Source: Octopus bimaculoides (lineage: Eukaryota). From it: a DNA stretch of 44,835 nt. The translations under genes were made by a program, and so were the position numbers. Positions within the stretch are counted from its first letter, which is position 1. Each line of letters begins with the position of its first letter. The DNA is taken from the NCBI RefSeq assembly GCF_001194135.2, contig NC_068982.1:157030424-157075258 (forward strand), given 5' to 3'. Positions 1 to 13,023 of the stretch are shown here, one piece after another. Below the pieces are notes generated by a model that worked only from the letters and a program-made list of their open reading frames with translations, did not search any database and was not told the origin of the DNA.

Positions 1-32
1 ATATATATTTATATATGTATATATATATATAT

Positions 33-198
33 ATACGACGGGCTTATTTCAGTTTCCGTCTGTCAAATCCACTCACAAGGTTTTGGTCAGCCAGAGGCTA
101 CAGTAGAAGGCACTTGCCCAAGTTTACCACGCAGTGGGACTGAACTGGGAATCATGTGCTTGGTAAGCAAACTTTTTACCACACAGGCCACGCCTGCG
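33..198 (-). mobile_element. tRNA-derived SINE, family A (5' half)
   Basis: Reverse strand reads GGCGTGGCCTGTGTGGTAAAAAG (A-box-like)...AGTTCAGTCCCACTGCGTGG (B-box-like)...GGGCAAGTG...GACGGAAACTGAAATAAGCCCGTCGTAT, then (AT)n. Homologous to 24943-25099 and 10160-10545. Confidence 0.88.
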
Positions 199-627
199 TA
201 CATATAATGCACATACACATGTGTGTGTGTGTGCCTTCTGCGTGTTTGTATGGATACATACAAACTCCATCAGCAAGACTTTGTCAACCAAGTGTATACA
301 AACCAGCAGAGCGTTGGACACCACAGTTATTATATTCTTATTAATCCCTGATTTCTCCTTTGCATGCACTCACAGAATGACGCATGAACCAAACGCGACG
401 AACACAGGCATACGCATATTCGCACACACACACACGCACAAACATATCTTTTATCTTTCAATTGTTTCAACGAGGGTTTTAGTTGAATGTATCGACCCTG
501 GCCCTTACACACACACACACACACACACATTCACATATATATTTATACACACACACATGTATGTATACACACATATTCACACATATTTATACACACACAC
601 ATATGTATATATGTCACCTATAATATT

Positions 628-672
<45 letters not shown>

Positions 673-685
673 TACATTATTTATA

Positions 686-721
<36 letters not shown>

Positions 722-750
722 AGCTAACGTGTTTATTGTCCCAAAATATA

Positions 751-780
751 ATAATAATAATAATGATAATAATAATAATG

Positions 781-835
<55 letters not shown>

Positions 836-853
836 CAACAACAATAATAATAA
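751..853. repeat. (AAT)n/(AAC)n microsatellite
   Basis: Direct reading of the trinucleotide run. Confidence 0.95.
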
Positions 854-1462
854 CAGTTGCTTAATAAGTGTGTTTAGATCATGCCTTTATAAGAATTGAG
901 AGTTTAAAAAATGGTAAATGGGATGAGAGTGAAAGAAAATCAAATATATTGGGGAGTTCACCCCATCTTTTTTTTTTTTTAGACGAAAAAAATATATATA
1001 AAAGTATAGATCCGTTATTTGTGTACTTGGAAGTTGCATGCGTGTGCGTATTCTGACGTGTGAATGTCTGTACGTGTGTGCGCGTGCGTGTTTGTACTGT
1101 GAAGATGAACACATGTGGTCCGGCATCATGTCATATATACGTCGTCCCCTTTTTTGCTGAACGAGACTTCTCACACCTGACAAGCTGCCCAAATAACAAC
1201 AATATAAGGAAAGTATGAAACCTGAGCGACGTACCCCTTATAGGCATACACGTGTTGTAGGTAGTAAAGGAGTATTACAGTCATAAGCCTATATGTTATA
1301 AGGCGCTAAGTGTCGCTAGAGTAGCAGGATATCATGCGTACACACACACTTATACAGCGATATTTGGACACGCAGTTATCCGTTCATTCAAAACAAATAT
1401 ACACATAAGCGTGTGCCTATGTGTGTGTGTGTATGTTTGTTTGTTTGTGTGTGTATTTGTTA

Positions 1463-1503
<41 letters not shown>

Positions 1504-1756
1504 ATGTGTGCGTGTGTACGCCCCGAAGACATGACGTTCACAAGGATCGTACTTTTCGTTGATTGTCGTCTGTTTTCCGGGCCTCCTCTTCGCTCTTTCT
1601 TGGCCTCTTTCACTATGCGTATACACGCGCGCACACGCACACACACACACACACACACCCACAAATACAGACACACACACAAATACAGACAGACACAAAT
1701 ACACACGCACATACACATATATGATTATGTATATATATTTGTGTATGTGTGTACCT

Positions 1757-1809
1757 GTATCTATCTATCTATCTATCTATCTAACTATGTATGTATGTAT
1801 GTATGTATG

Positions 1810-1848
<39 letters not shown>

Positions 1849-1849
1849 G

Positions 1850-1884
<35 letters not shown>
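1757..1884. repeat. (TATC)n/(TATG)n compound microsatellite
   Basis: Direct reading. It produces the spurious YLSI/MYVC ORFs. Confidence 0.95.
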
Positions 1885-1887
<3 letters not shown>

Positions 1888-2840
1888 ATATATTCTATTT
1901 TAGTAAATCAACCACAACTTCTCTGCTTCATTTTCTCTCCTTTCGCTGACTGTTTTGTTTTTTCTTCATCTCTATCCCTTTCTTTCTTTCTTATTCTCGT
2001 TGTCTTTTTCACTTCCATCCCACCCACCCCAGTCCCTCACTCTGTTACTCTCTTCTATTATCCCTTTCTAAATATCTATCTCCTCTTCCTTCTGCTCTCA
2101 CAAACTCGCCCCCCCCCTACCTTCCACATCGCATTCTCCTCTCTTTCTTCCTCTCTCATTCTACCTCCATTTAATCATCAAGTAACATAACTGTCAAACA
2201 CGCGTGCTAAGACTTAAACTACAAAAAAAATATAAGAAAAGTAAGTGTAAATTAAATAGACATAAATATCTAATTAATAGGTAGTCAACTTAATTGATTA
2301 ATTAATACACTAGAAAATCCATCTCGTACCACCCGCCTTCTCCACACTAAATAATTTCCCATGGTTACATTATCTCATTATTTCATCCCACCACCACATT
2401 TCCAGTCGCCATTTCTCTCTCTTGTCTTTTTTTTCATCTACCTATCTCAGTTTGTTTTCATACTTTACTTTCTCTTTAGTAATCCATATTGTTATTATTA
2501 GTATTATTACTATTATTGTTGTTATTATTTGCCCTTTCCGTAATTTATTGCCCCCAATAACCAACAAATAATAAAACATAATAGCACAAATTTTATATGA
2601 GAGTGACCTATCATTATATATCAGTAATGTGTCGGTGCAGCGAACAACGATTGGCGAGTGACATCATGCAAGCTTCGTAAATTAGACGAATTAACATCTC
2701 CACCCGGGGAGCTGAATCCACGGGTTCAGTTTTGCTTTCCGTTTGAAATCATTTCAGATCAGTTTCATTACTAATGGACATTGCACAGTTCAAGTTGCCA
2801 CCCCTCCTGCCGATTTAACGCAGCCTTATCATTTTTGCGT

Positions 2841-3236
2841 GGAGGCGCAATGGCCCAGTGGTTAGGGTAGCGGACTCGCGGTCATAGGGTCGCGGTTTCG
2901 ATTCCCAGACCGGGCGTTGTGAGTGTTTATTGAGCGAAAGCACCCAAAGCTCCTCGAGTCTCCGGCAGGGGATGGTAGCGAACCCTGCTGTACTCTTGCA
3001 CCACAACTTTCTCTCACTCTCTCTTCCTGTTTCTGTTGTGCCTGTAATTCAAAGGGTCAGTCTTGTCACACTCTGTGTCACGCTGAATCTCCCTCGAGAA
3101 CTACTTTAAGGGTACACGTATCTGTGTAGTGATCAGCCACTTGCACGTTAATTTCACGAGCAGGCTGTTCCGTTGATCGGATCAACTGGAACCCTCGACG
3201 TCGTTAGCGACAGAGTGCCAGCAACAACAACAACAA
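2841..3236 (+). mobile_element. Full-length tRNA-derived SINE, family C, with (CAA)n tail and 13-bp target-site duplication
   Basis: A-box TGGCCCAGTGG, B-box-like GGTTTCGATTCCC, (CAA)n tail at 3222-3236. Flanked by ATCATTTTTGCGT (2828-2840) and ATCATTTTTGCAT (3237-3249). Confidence 0.92.
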
Positions 3237-3771
3237 ATCATTTTTGCATTAAGAAGTCATATCTTACTCGCACAGCGTGTAACGTAGCTTTCCAAATAGG
3301 GTGTTGGGTACACGTTAATAATGTCATGGATTCGATTTCTGGATCCTGCTCGCGTTGTGCACTTTCTGTTTCTGAGCAATGCAATCATCTTTTATTGCTC
3401 CTGCAAGCAAGCCTTAACCAACACACCCCACCCTGCTGCCATATATTCGATGTTCCGCCGGACCAAAGGTGGGAGGGATGAGAGTGCGTCTATAGCTCGT
3501 CCTAACTACACAGAAACTGCTTGTCGTTTATGAGACAATGCAGATTATCACCGCTTTTGCTAATGATAATTTTTACTATATATATATATATATATATATN
3601 NNNNNNNNNNNNNNNNNNNNNNNNNNNNNNNNNNNNNNNNNNNNNNNNNNNNNNNNNNNNNNNNNNNNNNNNNNNNNNNNNNNNNNNNNNNNNNNNNNNN
3701 NNNNNNNNNNNNNNNNNNNNNNNNNNNNNNNNNNTATTGGTAACGGTTGCTACATCCTCTGGAAAAATTAT

Positions 3772-3813
<42 letters not shown>

Positions 3814-3841
3814 CTCGACAGAAAAAAAAAGAAGGCTTTCG

Positions 3842-3913
3842 TGTCCGCGTGGGAGTCGAAACCACATTCCTTTGTTAACGCGACAAAGAGTGCTATCTTT
3901 ACACCAGCGAATT
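3842..3913 (-). pseudogene. Degenerate tRNA-like cloverleaf followed by an oligo-dT (Pol III terminator-like) run
   Basis: 72 nt on the minus strand. D stem GTGT/GCAC, anticodon stem (C)TTTGT/ACAAA(G), T loop TTCGACT with GTGG/CCAC stem, partial acceptor stem TTCGC/GCGGA. An 11-nt trailer and T9 follow. The anticodon loop (CGCGTTA) is non-canonical and the D-loop GG is lost. Confidence 0.55.
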
Positions 3914-4010
3914 AGCCTCCCTGTTTCTCTCAAATTTAAGAACATTATTATTTGTTTTATGTAAACAAACTTTCTATATGTTTTCGGTGCGAATGGGTTT
4001 TTTTTTTATA

Positions 4011-4272
4011 CGGTGCCGTGTTTTAGAATCCTGTAAATAATAATAATGGTATTTTATGTATAAGCTTAAAGCGTGCAATGACCAAGGAAAATAGGTTCGA
4101 ATCCCACGCGGATAGGAAAGCCTTCTTTTTTCTATCTAGGGCTTATATACCCCTTTATTTGACTATTTTCCTTAGTCATTTCACGATGATCGCCAAAAGC
4201 TTTAACCTTATATAAAAAAAAACATTATTATTATTTACAAGATTATTTACAGGATTGTAAAACACGGCACCG
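4011..4272. mobile_element. MITE / foldback element, TA-flanked (Tc1/mariner-type non-autonomous)
   Basis: 31-bp terminal inverted repeats (4011-4041, 4242-4272) with one mismatch, TA on both sides. Further internal inverted pairs: TATAAGCTTAAAGC/GCTTTAACCTTATA and GACCAAGGAAAATAG/CTATTTTCCTTAGTC. Confidence 0.8.
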
Positions 4273-4281
4273 TATAAAAAA

Positions 4282-4322
<41 letters not shown>

Positions 4323-4670
4323 TAGTTTTTGTATCCACTTATAATAAAAACAATTTTACATTAATCTGAAGAGTTACTCTATACTTTGTAGGATACAAAT
4401 TTATACTTAAACATTTAGCTGGTCGAAACTTTGAAATCACTGCCAATAATATTCTTGTTTAAGAATAATGTGTGTGTGTCTGTAAGGGATGCTCGGTGTT
4501 CGTCCTAAATTTGACGATTATTTATGTTTCTTTTATTCAGGAACAGCTTGATGTTCTGGCAAAAAGTCAACGACGTAGTTAAGCATAAAAATTAAAGCTG
4601 TAGTTGAGTAAAGTTAACAGATATACGGGACTGGAAACCATCTATATATTGAGAAAGAGTTACTTGTATC

Positions 4671-5040
4671 ATGATTATTCGCGCGGGATATAAAAATGCT
4701 GACGTTATGACTGCTGCTCAATGCTCTTTGAGCACTATAAAGGCTGTAAGGCGTGACATCTCCAAACTTAAATGGTCTCTGGAAGTGTCTCCAGTGAGAT
4801 TGAGGTCATGCTGCCCCATATATTTGAACAAAGCCTGAGGCTCAATTCAAATGGGATTGTGAAGCTGTTGAAGACTGGTCACACCCTCAAGAGGCAGGTT
4901 CAGTCCGTTGCTAAACCGCCAAAAATAGTCAGAAGTGGTTGTCGGAGATTTTCTACGTTTTTCACTAGCCCTAATTTCTGGTTTTCTAATTCTCTCTATT
5001 GTAATGACAAGGATTACCATGTGTGGTGGGTGCCGTTCTG
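4671..5040 (+). mobile_element. Internally deleted, frameshifted Tc1/mariner-superfamily transposase relic (maT/DD37D-like)
   Basis: MIIRAGYKNADVMTAAQCSLSTIKAVRRD (HTH-like start) is joined directly to MVSGSVSSEIEVMLPHIFEQSLRLNSNGIVKLL, then SQKWLSE...FTSPNFWFSNSLYCNDKDYHVW. This resembles the maT-type pattern MVFGxVSSEGxVMPPHxF...SQxWL...WPPNSPDxNPxDYxVW. Confidence 0.7.
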
Positions 5041-6000
5041 CTTGAAGCTGCAAGCCCGAGCTGGTGACGAAGAATTTCGTTCGGGAAAATGTCTGCTCCA
5101 TCAATGCTGAGTTAAGCTTAATCAATAGAAAAATTAAAAAAAGCAACTCACAGTTACACATCTAGAAAAAACTCCATGTACATAATTAGACGGCGAAGAA
5201 ATATGAGTCAAATCTCTCTCTAATCACCTTATATCACCTTAAAGTAACGAAAGGATACATTTGATAATATAATTCTAGATATACTGTATATAAAAAAAGA
5301 TGGTATAGTTACGTTTAGAAAGTCTTTGGTCATAGCTCTGATCGATCAGTGAATTGGAGTTAAACATTTACTACTTGTGTTTATCTAGGTTTATTTTAAA
5401 CGAAACTCATGTAAAGTCCAAATATATTAATTGAGTAAATACAGGAATTTCCAAATATTAAAGCCAATGTACGAGAAGCGAAATTACTTAAACCAAGAAT
5501 AGAAAACCAACAAAGGCGTTTTATTTTAGGTGCATCAAGATAATAACTTCTTAGATATTTATCTCACTCGATTAGCTAAAAGCAGGTTAAGATGGGAAAT
5601 TGAATTTTTCTCTCTACCATATATAGTAATACATACACCATAATAAATTATATCATGTCATTTGACAGGTAGTAAGATACTCTGAAGGTGAAAACAATAC
5701 GCGTCGAAGAGCGAGAAGCATTTTGCTAGCACTCATCCTGAGTTAGTCAAGTTGTATGAAAAAATTTACAAAATATTCATTAATTAAAACTGATGTGTGT
5801 ACGTGGGTAGTTATATAGCTATACTTGATATTTGTTTCTAGAACAATGTCAACCATATACTTTGCAAAGAAGAAGTCACCGGTTACAGTCATAAATTATA
5901 TAATGTATATAAAAGATTAAAACCCTTGTCAAAAGCACCAAGGAGGATCCTATAGTTTGTGACAGCTTATGAAGGAAATGTGAATTATTATGCAAATAAT

Positions 6001-6175
6001 GGCTTTAAATTTTGGTACAAGGACAGAAATTCCGAGGGTGGGTAAGCTGATTACATTGACCCCAGTGCTCAACTGGAACTTACTTTATCGACCCAGAGGT
6101 GATGAAAAGCAAAGTCAACCTCGGCGGAATTTGAACTGAGAACGTAAGAACCGACGAGATGCCTCTAAGCATTTA
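6001..6175 (-). mobile_element. tRNA-derived SINE, family B (5'-truncated)
   Basis: Minus strand AAATGCTTAG...GTTCTCAGTTCAAATTCCGCCGAGGTTGACTTTGCTTTTCATC...GGGTCGATAAAGTAAGTTCCAGTTGAGCACTGGGGTC. Homologous to 19488-19710 and 28201-28417. Confidence 0.88.
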
Positions 6176-7081
6176 TTCCTGAAAAGCAAAGTCATATAAT
6201 TCGGTTTCAATAAATGAGTAGCCTGCTAGAAAAATTAAATCTTCACAAAAATTAGACTCAATTCTAGGAAACGTATATATTTTGCCAAGATCTGTGTCTT
6301 CCAAATAGTTTCACTTTCAAACTGAAGTCATTTAACTTCATCAACATATGTAATACATTTTGCAAAAGAAATAACTTTACACACTCCATTGGAAGTGTAA
6401 GATCTCCCACAAAACAAACTAAAGAGAAAAATAAATATATTTTACATTATGTCCAGGAACTTAAAGATCACCACATTTTTGATCCCCAAAACACTATTTT
6501 GATTTTCATGACTCTGTTTCAGTTCCAAATTTGCTACAGCTTCAATTCACAAAATTACAGCATTAACACTCTCAGACTTCTTTTACTTCACTAGCAAAGT
6601 AATATTATGCTCCACAACTATTCAAGAGCAAAATGTTACATAAATTGAAACAGTTTTACCTCGTGTCTCTCTAACACGTTTCACATTTCCGATATTCTTT
6701 TTTTCGTTTTGCAATATTTATAAATGCTTTCCTGTACACACGCAGAGGCATAAACGTGTGTGCCTACGAAAATATATACATACATATATGCATATATGTG
6801 TGTGTGTGCATGTACATGTGTATTTATACATAGATGTACACACACGTGTATATATATATATATATGTATATATATNNNNNNNNNNNNNNNNNNNNNNNNN
6901 NNNNNNNNNNNNNNNNNNNNNNNNNNNNNNNNNNNNNNNNNNNNNNNNNNNNNNNNNNNNNNNNNNNNNNNNNNNNNNNNNNNNNNNNNNNNNNNNNNNN
7001 NNNNNNNNNNNNNNNNNNNNNNNNNNNNNNNNNNNNNNNNNNNNNNNNNNNNNNNNNNNNNNNNNNNNNNNNNNNNNNNNN

Positions 7082-7112
<31 letters not shown>

Positions 7113-8144
7113 TATTATATATAGGGATGTATGTATGTACGAGTTTTTATTTGCCATACGTATATATATTCCATACTACCGTTTATATGAACCTATATAT
7201 TTATATAAACACAGAAAAGACAGAGTAGCTTATGTATTCACCATATTCACCCGACTTGTGTGTTCATTTTGTACGCCATTGCTTACATATTTCACCTATA
7301 TTGCGATGTCAAATAGCAGCGCGTGTGCGTCTACACACACACATACACACACCACACACAAACACACACGCGAGCACACTAGATCACATGAATGATGTTT
7401 CCAATGTTTTTATCCACTTCAATATTTGTAGAGAACTTTTTACTTTATATTTCTCTCAAGTTATTTATTCAAGTATTCAAAACATTAAACTCACCGGTTA
7501 AAATATGTCTCAATATTGTATTTAAACATTTGTATTGCGGCTATGTTATAAAATTCTTTATGATCCGGAATGCAAAAATCACCAAGTACGATTTGCTATT
7601 AATTTTTTCTCTCTTTTTTTTTGTTTCGTTTTTTTTTTATGCATTTATATATCAAATTTTATTTTACTTAAGCAGTTTGCCTTCCTAGTTATGTAATATC
7701 ATCACCATCATCATCATCACCTGCCTCTACGTCGTCGTCGTAATCATCATGATGAACAGAGCGATAATCAAAAAATTCGTATTCAACTTAGTCTCCACAC
7801 ATGGTTTTCAACGATCAATCTATACAGTAAATCACTCTTTATATAACATTTATGACCGGGGTAAAGCGCAAATAAAAATTATTTTCCATTTCCGTTCAAC
7901 ATTGTATGGGAACATTTATTGATTACTAAGTGATTTTGCAATAACTGAGCAAACATAAATTATAAAACTGACGTATATACATATACGCATATATAAATAC
8001 ACATATACATATATATGTATTTAGATAGATAAAATGATAGATAGATACATACATGCATACAAACATACATACATACGGCAGAATAAACAACATTTCGTTG
8101 TAACTGGGTGTGTATGTATGCTTGGATATTCATTTGAATATTTA

Positions 8145-8192
<48 letters not shown>

Positions 8193-8325
8193 AATATACA
8201 TATATATGCATATATACATATATATGCATATATACATATATATACATAGATATACATATATATATATTCACATATATATATATAAATATATATACATACT
8301 TACATACATACATATACATACATAT

Positions 8326-8386
<61 letters not shown>

Positions 8387-9215
8387 NNNNNNNNNNNNNN
8401 NNNNNNNNNNNNNNNNNNNNNNNNNNNNNNNNNNNNNNNNNNNNNNNNNNNNNNNNNNNNNNNNNNNNNNNNNNNNNNNNNNNNNNNNNNNNNNNNNNNN
8501 NNNNNNNNNNNNNNNNNNNNNNNNNNNNNNNNNNNNNNNNNNNNNNNNNNNNNNNNNNNNNNNNNNNNNNNNNNNNNNNNNNNNNNNNNNNNNNNNNNNN
8601 NNNNNNNNNNNNNNNNNNNNNNNNNNNNNNNNNNNNNNNNNNNNNNNNNNNNNNNNNNNNNNNNNNNNNNNNNNNNNNNNNNNNNNNNNNNNNNNNNNNN
8701 NNNNNNNNNNNNNNNNNNNNNNNNNNNNNNNNNNNNNNNNNNNNNNNNNNNNNNNNNNNNNNNNNNNNNNNNNNNNNNNNNNNNNNNNNNNNNNNNNNNN
8801 NNNNNNNNNNNNNNNNNNNNNNNNNNNNNNNNNNNNNNNNNNNNNNNNNNNNNNNNNNNNNNNNNNNNNNNNNNNNNNNNNNNNNNNNNNNNNNNNNNNN
8901 NNNNNNNNNNNNNNNNNNNNNNNNNNNNNNNNNNNNNNNNNNNNNNNNNNNNNNNNNNNNNNNNNNNNNNNNNNNNNNNNNNNNNNNNNNNNNNNNNNNN
9001 NNNNNNNNNNNNNNNNNNNNNNNNNNNNNNNNNNNNNNNNNNNNNNNNNNNNNNNNNNNNNNNNNNNNNNNNNNNNNNNNNNNNNNNNNNNNNNNNNNNN
9101 NNNNNNNNNNNNNNNNNNNNNNNNNNNNNNNNNNNNNNNNNNNNNNNNNNNNNNNNNNNNNNNNNNNNNNNNNNNNNNNNNNNNNNNNNNNNNNNNNNNN
9201 NNNNNNNNNNNNNNN

Positions 9216-9369
9216 TAGTTGTTGTTGTAGTGGTGGTGGTGGTGGTGGTGGTAGTGTTGGTGGTGTTGGTGTTGGTGGTGTTGGTGGTGGTAGAAGAAGA
9301 AGAAGAAGAAGAAGAAGAAGAAGAAGAAGAAGAAGAAGAAGAAGAAGAAGAAGAAGAAGAAGAAGAAGA
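9216..9369. repeat. (GGT)n-like plus (GAA)n compound microsatellite
   Basis: Direct reading. It is the source of the poly-E/poly-R/poly-S ORFs. Confidence 0.95.
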
Positions 9370-9678
9370 TGCAGGGAAAGGAGGAGTAGGCGGGGGTGAA
9401 AGTAGAGAAGGAGAAAGAAGATTAAGTGATAGAAAGAAATTGAGGACTAAATAAGATTTAAAAGAGAAAGCAAAACACAAAAAGCAGAAATAGATGTTCC
9501 AAGCATCCCCCAGCTGAAACATTAAAACTGGTACCTACACCTGATCAGTGGTAGATGACAAAGCCCGAGGCCACACATGCATAAGCAAATATAAATATTA
9601 ACATTACATAAATACCGATATTAATCTATAAAAGCTGCCAAGAAAGCATAGAAGTACAAAATACAAACGACATTAGGT

Positions 9679-10013
9679 GAAGGCTCCCTTCGGTCATGAA
9701 TGACCATGGGATTGCACAGAAAGTTACCCTCCCAGGCACAAGTCCGGGCAAGGTTGTTTGTGGAAGGCCAGCGTTCGCCCATGCATACCAGCCTCCCTTC
9801 TACACACCACTGATGTTATCCAAAGGAAAGGCAAAGGCCGATACGGCTTGGCACCTGTGATGTCGCAACTCATTTCTACAGCTGAGTTAACTGGAGCAAC
9901 GTGAAATAAAGTGTCTTGCTCGAGAACACAACACGCATCCCGGTCCGGGAATCTAACTCACAACCTCACGATCGTAAGCTCGACGTTCTATCCACTGAGC
10001 AATGCGCCCTCAC
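9679..10013 (-). mobile_element. tRNA-derived SINE, family V (central domain resembles the V-SINE domain)
   Basis: Minus strand: A-box TTGCTCAGTGG, B-box-like GAGTTAGATTCCC, TTGTGTTCTCGAGCAAGACACTTTATTTCACGTTGCTCCAGTTAACTCAGCTGTAGAAATG, and tail GGTCATTCATGACCGAAGGG. Second copy at 42602-42918. The V-domain assignment is inference. Confidence 0.88.
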
Positions 10014-10159
10014 GGGACTCATCCGGGAAAAAACGATATCAGAACGTATAAAATGTCAGGACCTACATGAATACTGTGCGTAGGCCATAAACACTTGGAC
10101 CGATACACAAAGACGTAATCACAAATGCCAACTTATAACACCTGGATTAGTGTTTACTG

Positions 10160-10545
10160 GTCTCTGCCTTTCGACTGTCGCCTTTGATGTGCCGCCGCCC
10201 TCCCCAACTCTAGTACTTGTATTCTAACGCCCAGTACTTATTCTATGTCTCATTTGCCGAACTGCTATAATACGGGAATGTAAACAAACCGGAAACAATA
10301 GTTAAACGGTGGTGGGGAACAAACACAGGTCCAAAGACACACACGCGCACACATACAGACACACACACATGCACAGATACACACATGTATGCGAAAGCCT
10401 TCTGCACAGTTTCACGATAAATAAATTTACTCACAAGGTCGACCCGGGAGATATAGAGGTAGCCACTTGCCGCGTAGTAAGACCGAACTTGAAACCACCT
10501 TGCTGGAAGGCAAACTTCTTAACCACACAGCTATGCACAGATATA
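10160..10545 (-). mobile_element. tRNA-derived SINE, family A (near full length, diverged, internal (CA)n)
   Basis: Head at 10385-10545 aligns by eye to 33-198. Body GTACTTATTCTATGTCTCATTTGCCGAACTGCTA...GTAAACAAACC aligns to 44340-44520. Confidence 0.72.
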
Positions 10546-11377
10546 CATGCATCTATACACATAAATCAGTAGCAACTGGTAGCATCAGTACAAAAAACAA
10601 ACGCAACCATTAAAGCTAAATCTCTGGTACCATCTTATATTCATCAGCAGAAATCTAAACATTAATACTAACACTTAAACATCATCACCAGCTGAACACT
10701 TTAACATGAACACCACATATACTTTCATCAGAGCTGACCAAAGCCTGTAAGCGCATTTAGTAGTGGGAAACTGAAAGAGTCTGTCTTATGTATGTATGCC
10801 AGAAAACCTACCCAAAGTAGAAACGACGATTAAACATTATATTAACCTAATAAGATTATCCATGAAGTCAATCAAGCAATATAGATAATCCTTTAAACAT
10901 GTTCAGCCTTACTTAGAACAACGACAGCACAATATATAGAAGATACACAAACAAGCATACCAGACTTAACATTTCCATCTTCAGCTGCCCTATTGATATT
11001 ACTTTGGTTTCGACACTTGGTCAGTACCATTGAATTAGGTTGTGTCAACAGCGCTTATAACGTAAGAATAAAAATATCGAATATAAAATAGTATTAGGGT
11101 TTAGCCACAAATTTATAATTAAAAACATAAAAACAGTATCTGATTCAAAAACTATAGTACGCATTAGAGCAAACTAACTAAACGTCGTTAAAAAGACGTA
11201 CAGAACTCCCGTACGGGGAACAAGAAACCTCATATATATAGATTAATTAACGAACATAGATTAAGAGATATGCTTTCTTTTCTCATTCTATAACATATTC
11301 CAAGCATGAAACAACTCCGAATACACACTCATGTGTGTGTGTGCGTTTCTGGTCGTGTTTCTTTCCTTCCACCACGT

Positions 11378-12000
11378 ATCCAAATGATTTTGAAGACTGC
11401 GGAATAAATGATAATCAGATGGGGCACCATTCGGCGAATATGGTGGGTGAGGCATCGTTTCCCATTCAAATTGGTCCAACCTTTGGAATGTCATCCTCGC
11501 TGCATGTAGCTGAGCATTATCCTGATGGAAGAGCACCTTTCGTCTTGAAACCAAAGATGGTCGTTTTTCTTCTAGCGCTGACTCGAATGACTGACTGGTT
11601 GAATTACAAAATCCAAAATTCTCTGCTAGTTCCTCAACAGTTACGATGAAATTTTGCTCTACCAGGGTTTGCAGAATGTCTTCGTCGAGCTCTACAGATC
11701 TTCCAGACGAGGCTTGTCTTCTAGATACTAGTTTCCGGTTCGGAATTTCTGAAACCGCGGCTGGCACTCGCTTACGCTTATTGTCCGATCCCCATATACT
11801 GCATTAATATTCCTCGCACTTTCCGTTGCGTTGTTGCCTTTATTGATCTCATAAAGCAAAATATGTCGAATATACTCCTTTGTCATTTCCATTGTAGCTT
11901 TGAAAAAATAACTGTTAAAATCCAAATGCACTCTTCAAAATTTACACTAAGAATAAGGACAAGGTAAAATTACGACCTGCTTTTATAGCAAGTTGATGCA
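11378..12000 (-). mobile_element. Decayed mariner (DD34D) element with a large internal deletion
   Basis: MEMTKEYIRHILLYEINKG...RFQKFRTG...SGRSVELDEDILQTLVE...VEELA is joined near 11595 to EKRPSLVSRRKVLFHQDNAQLH...MPHPPYSPNGAPSDYHLFRSLQNHL. The WVPHEL and VTGDEKW (first D) region is missing. TIRs were not recognised. Confidence 0.92.
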
Positions 12001-12073
12001 AGTGTCTTTTCCCGTCCCCGTCCGACTTTATTTCATGCAATTGTAAAAACTGTATTATTTATGAGATGACCGA

Positions 12074-12165
<92 letters not shown>

Positions 12166-12665
12166 GTATTTATATACACAAAAAACATACGGTTTGAAAG
12201 CTGGTATTTACACATACACACATACATTTTTAAAACTGGTATTTATTTTATCGTTTTTTTTTAGTCTANNNNNNNNNNNNNNNNNNNNNNNNNNNNNNNN
12301 NNNNNNNNNNNNNNNNNNNNNNNNNNNNNNNNNNNNNNNNNNNNNNNNNNNNNNNNNNNNNNNNNNNNNNNNNNNNNNNNNNNNNNNNNNNNNNNNNNNN
12401 NNNNNNNNNNNNNNNNNNNNNNNNNNNNNNNNNNNNNNNNNNNNNNNNNNNNNNNNNNNNNNNNNNNNNNNNNNNNNNNNNNNNNNNNNNNNNNNNNNNN
12501 NNNNNNNNNNNNNNNNNNNNNNNNNNNNNNNNNNNNNNNNNNNNNNNNNNNNNNNNNNNNNNNNNNNNNNNNNNNNNNNNNNNNNNNNNNNNNNNNNNNN
12601 NNNNNNNNNNNNNNNNNNNNNNNNNNNNNNNNNNNNNNNNNNNNNNNNNNNNNNNNNNNNNNNNN

Positions 12666-12715
<50 letters not shown>

Positions 12716-12988
12716 ATAGATTTATTGAGGGATAGATATATACATGTGTAGATAGATAATACATATATACATAGATAGAAAGACAGAGAGTCAGACAGAC
12801 AGACAAGCACATAGCTACCTCGCTAGATAGCTAGATAGATAAATATAGAGATGAGCACACTACATACGTTCATACAGAAATAGGTATAAACTACCTCATA
12901 ACTATATGCGTGCAAATGCGCGTTTGTTTCTGTGTCTGTACATGTGTGTAATTGTGTATGTGTGTGTACGAATGTGTGTATAACTCTG

Positions 12989-13023
<35 letters not shown>

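Noticed and set aside
4366-4430. CTGAAGA...CGAAAC hammerhead-like motif
   Set aside because: No convincing stem II, no NUH site with stem III, no stem I.
4541-4582. Acceptor-like TTTCTTTTATTCAG followed by EQLDVLAKSQRRS*
   Set aside because: It could be a terminal exon, but there is no upstream partner, and it lies just before a transposon relic where such signals arise by chance.
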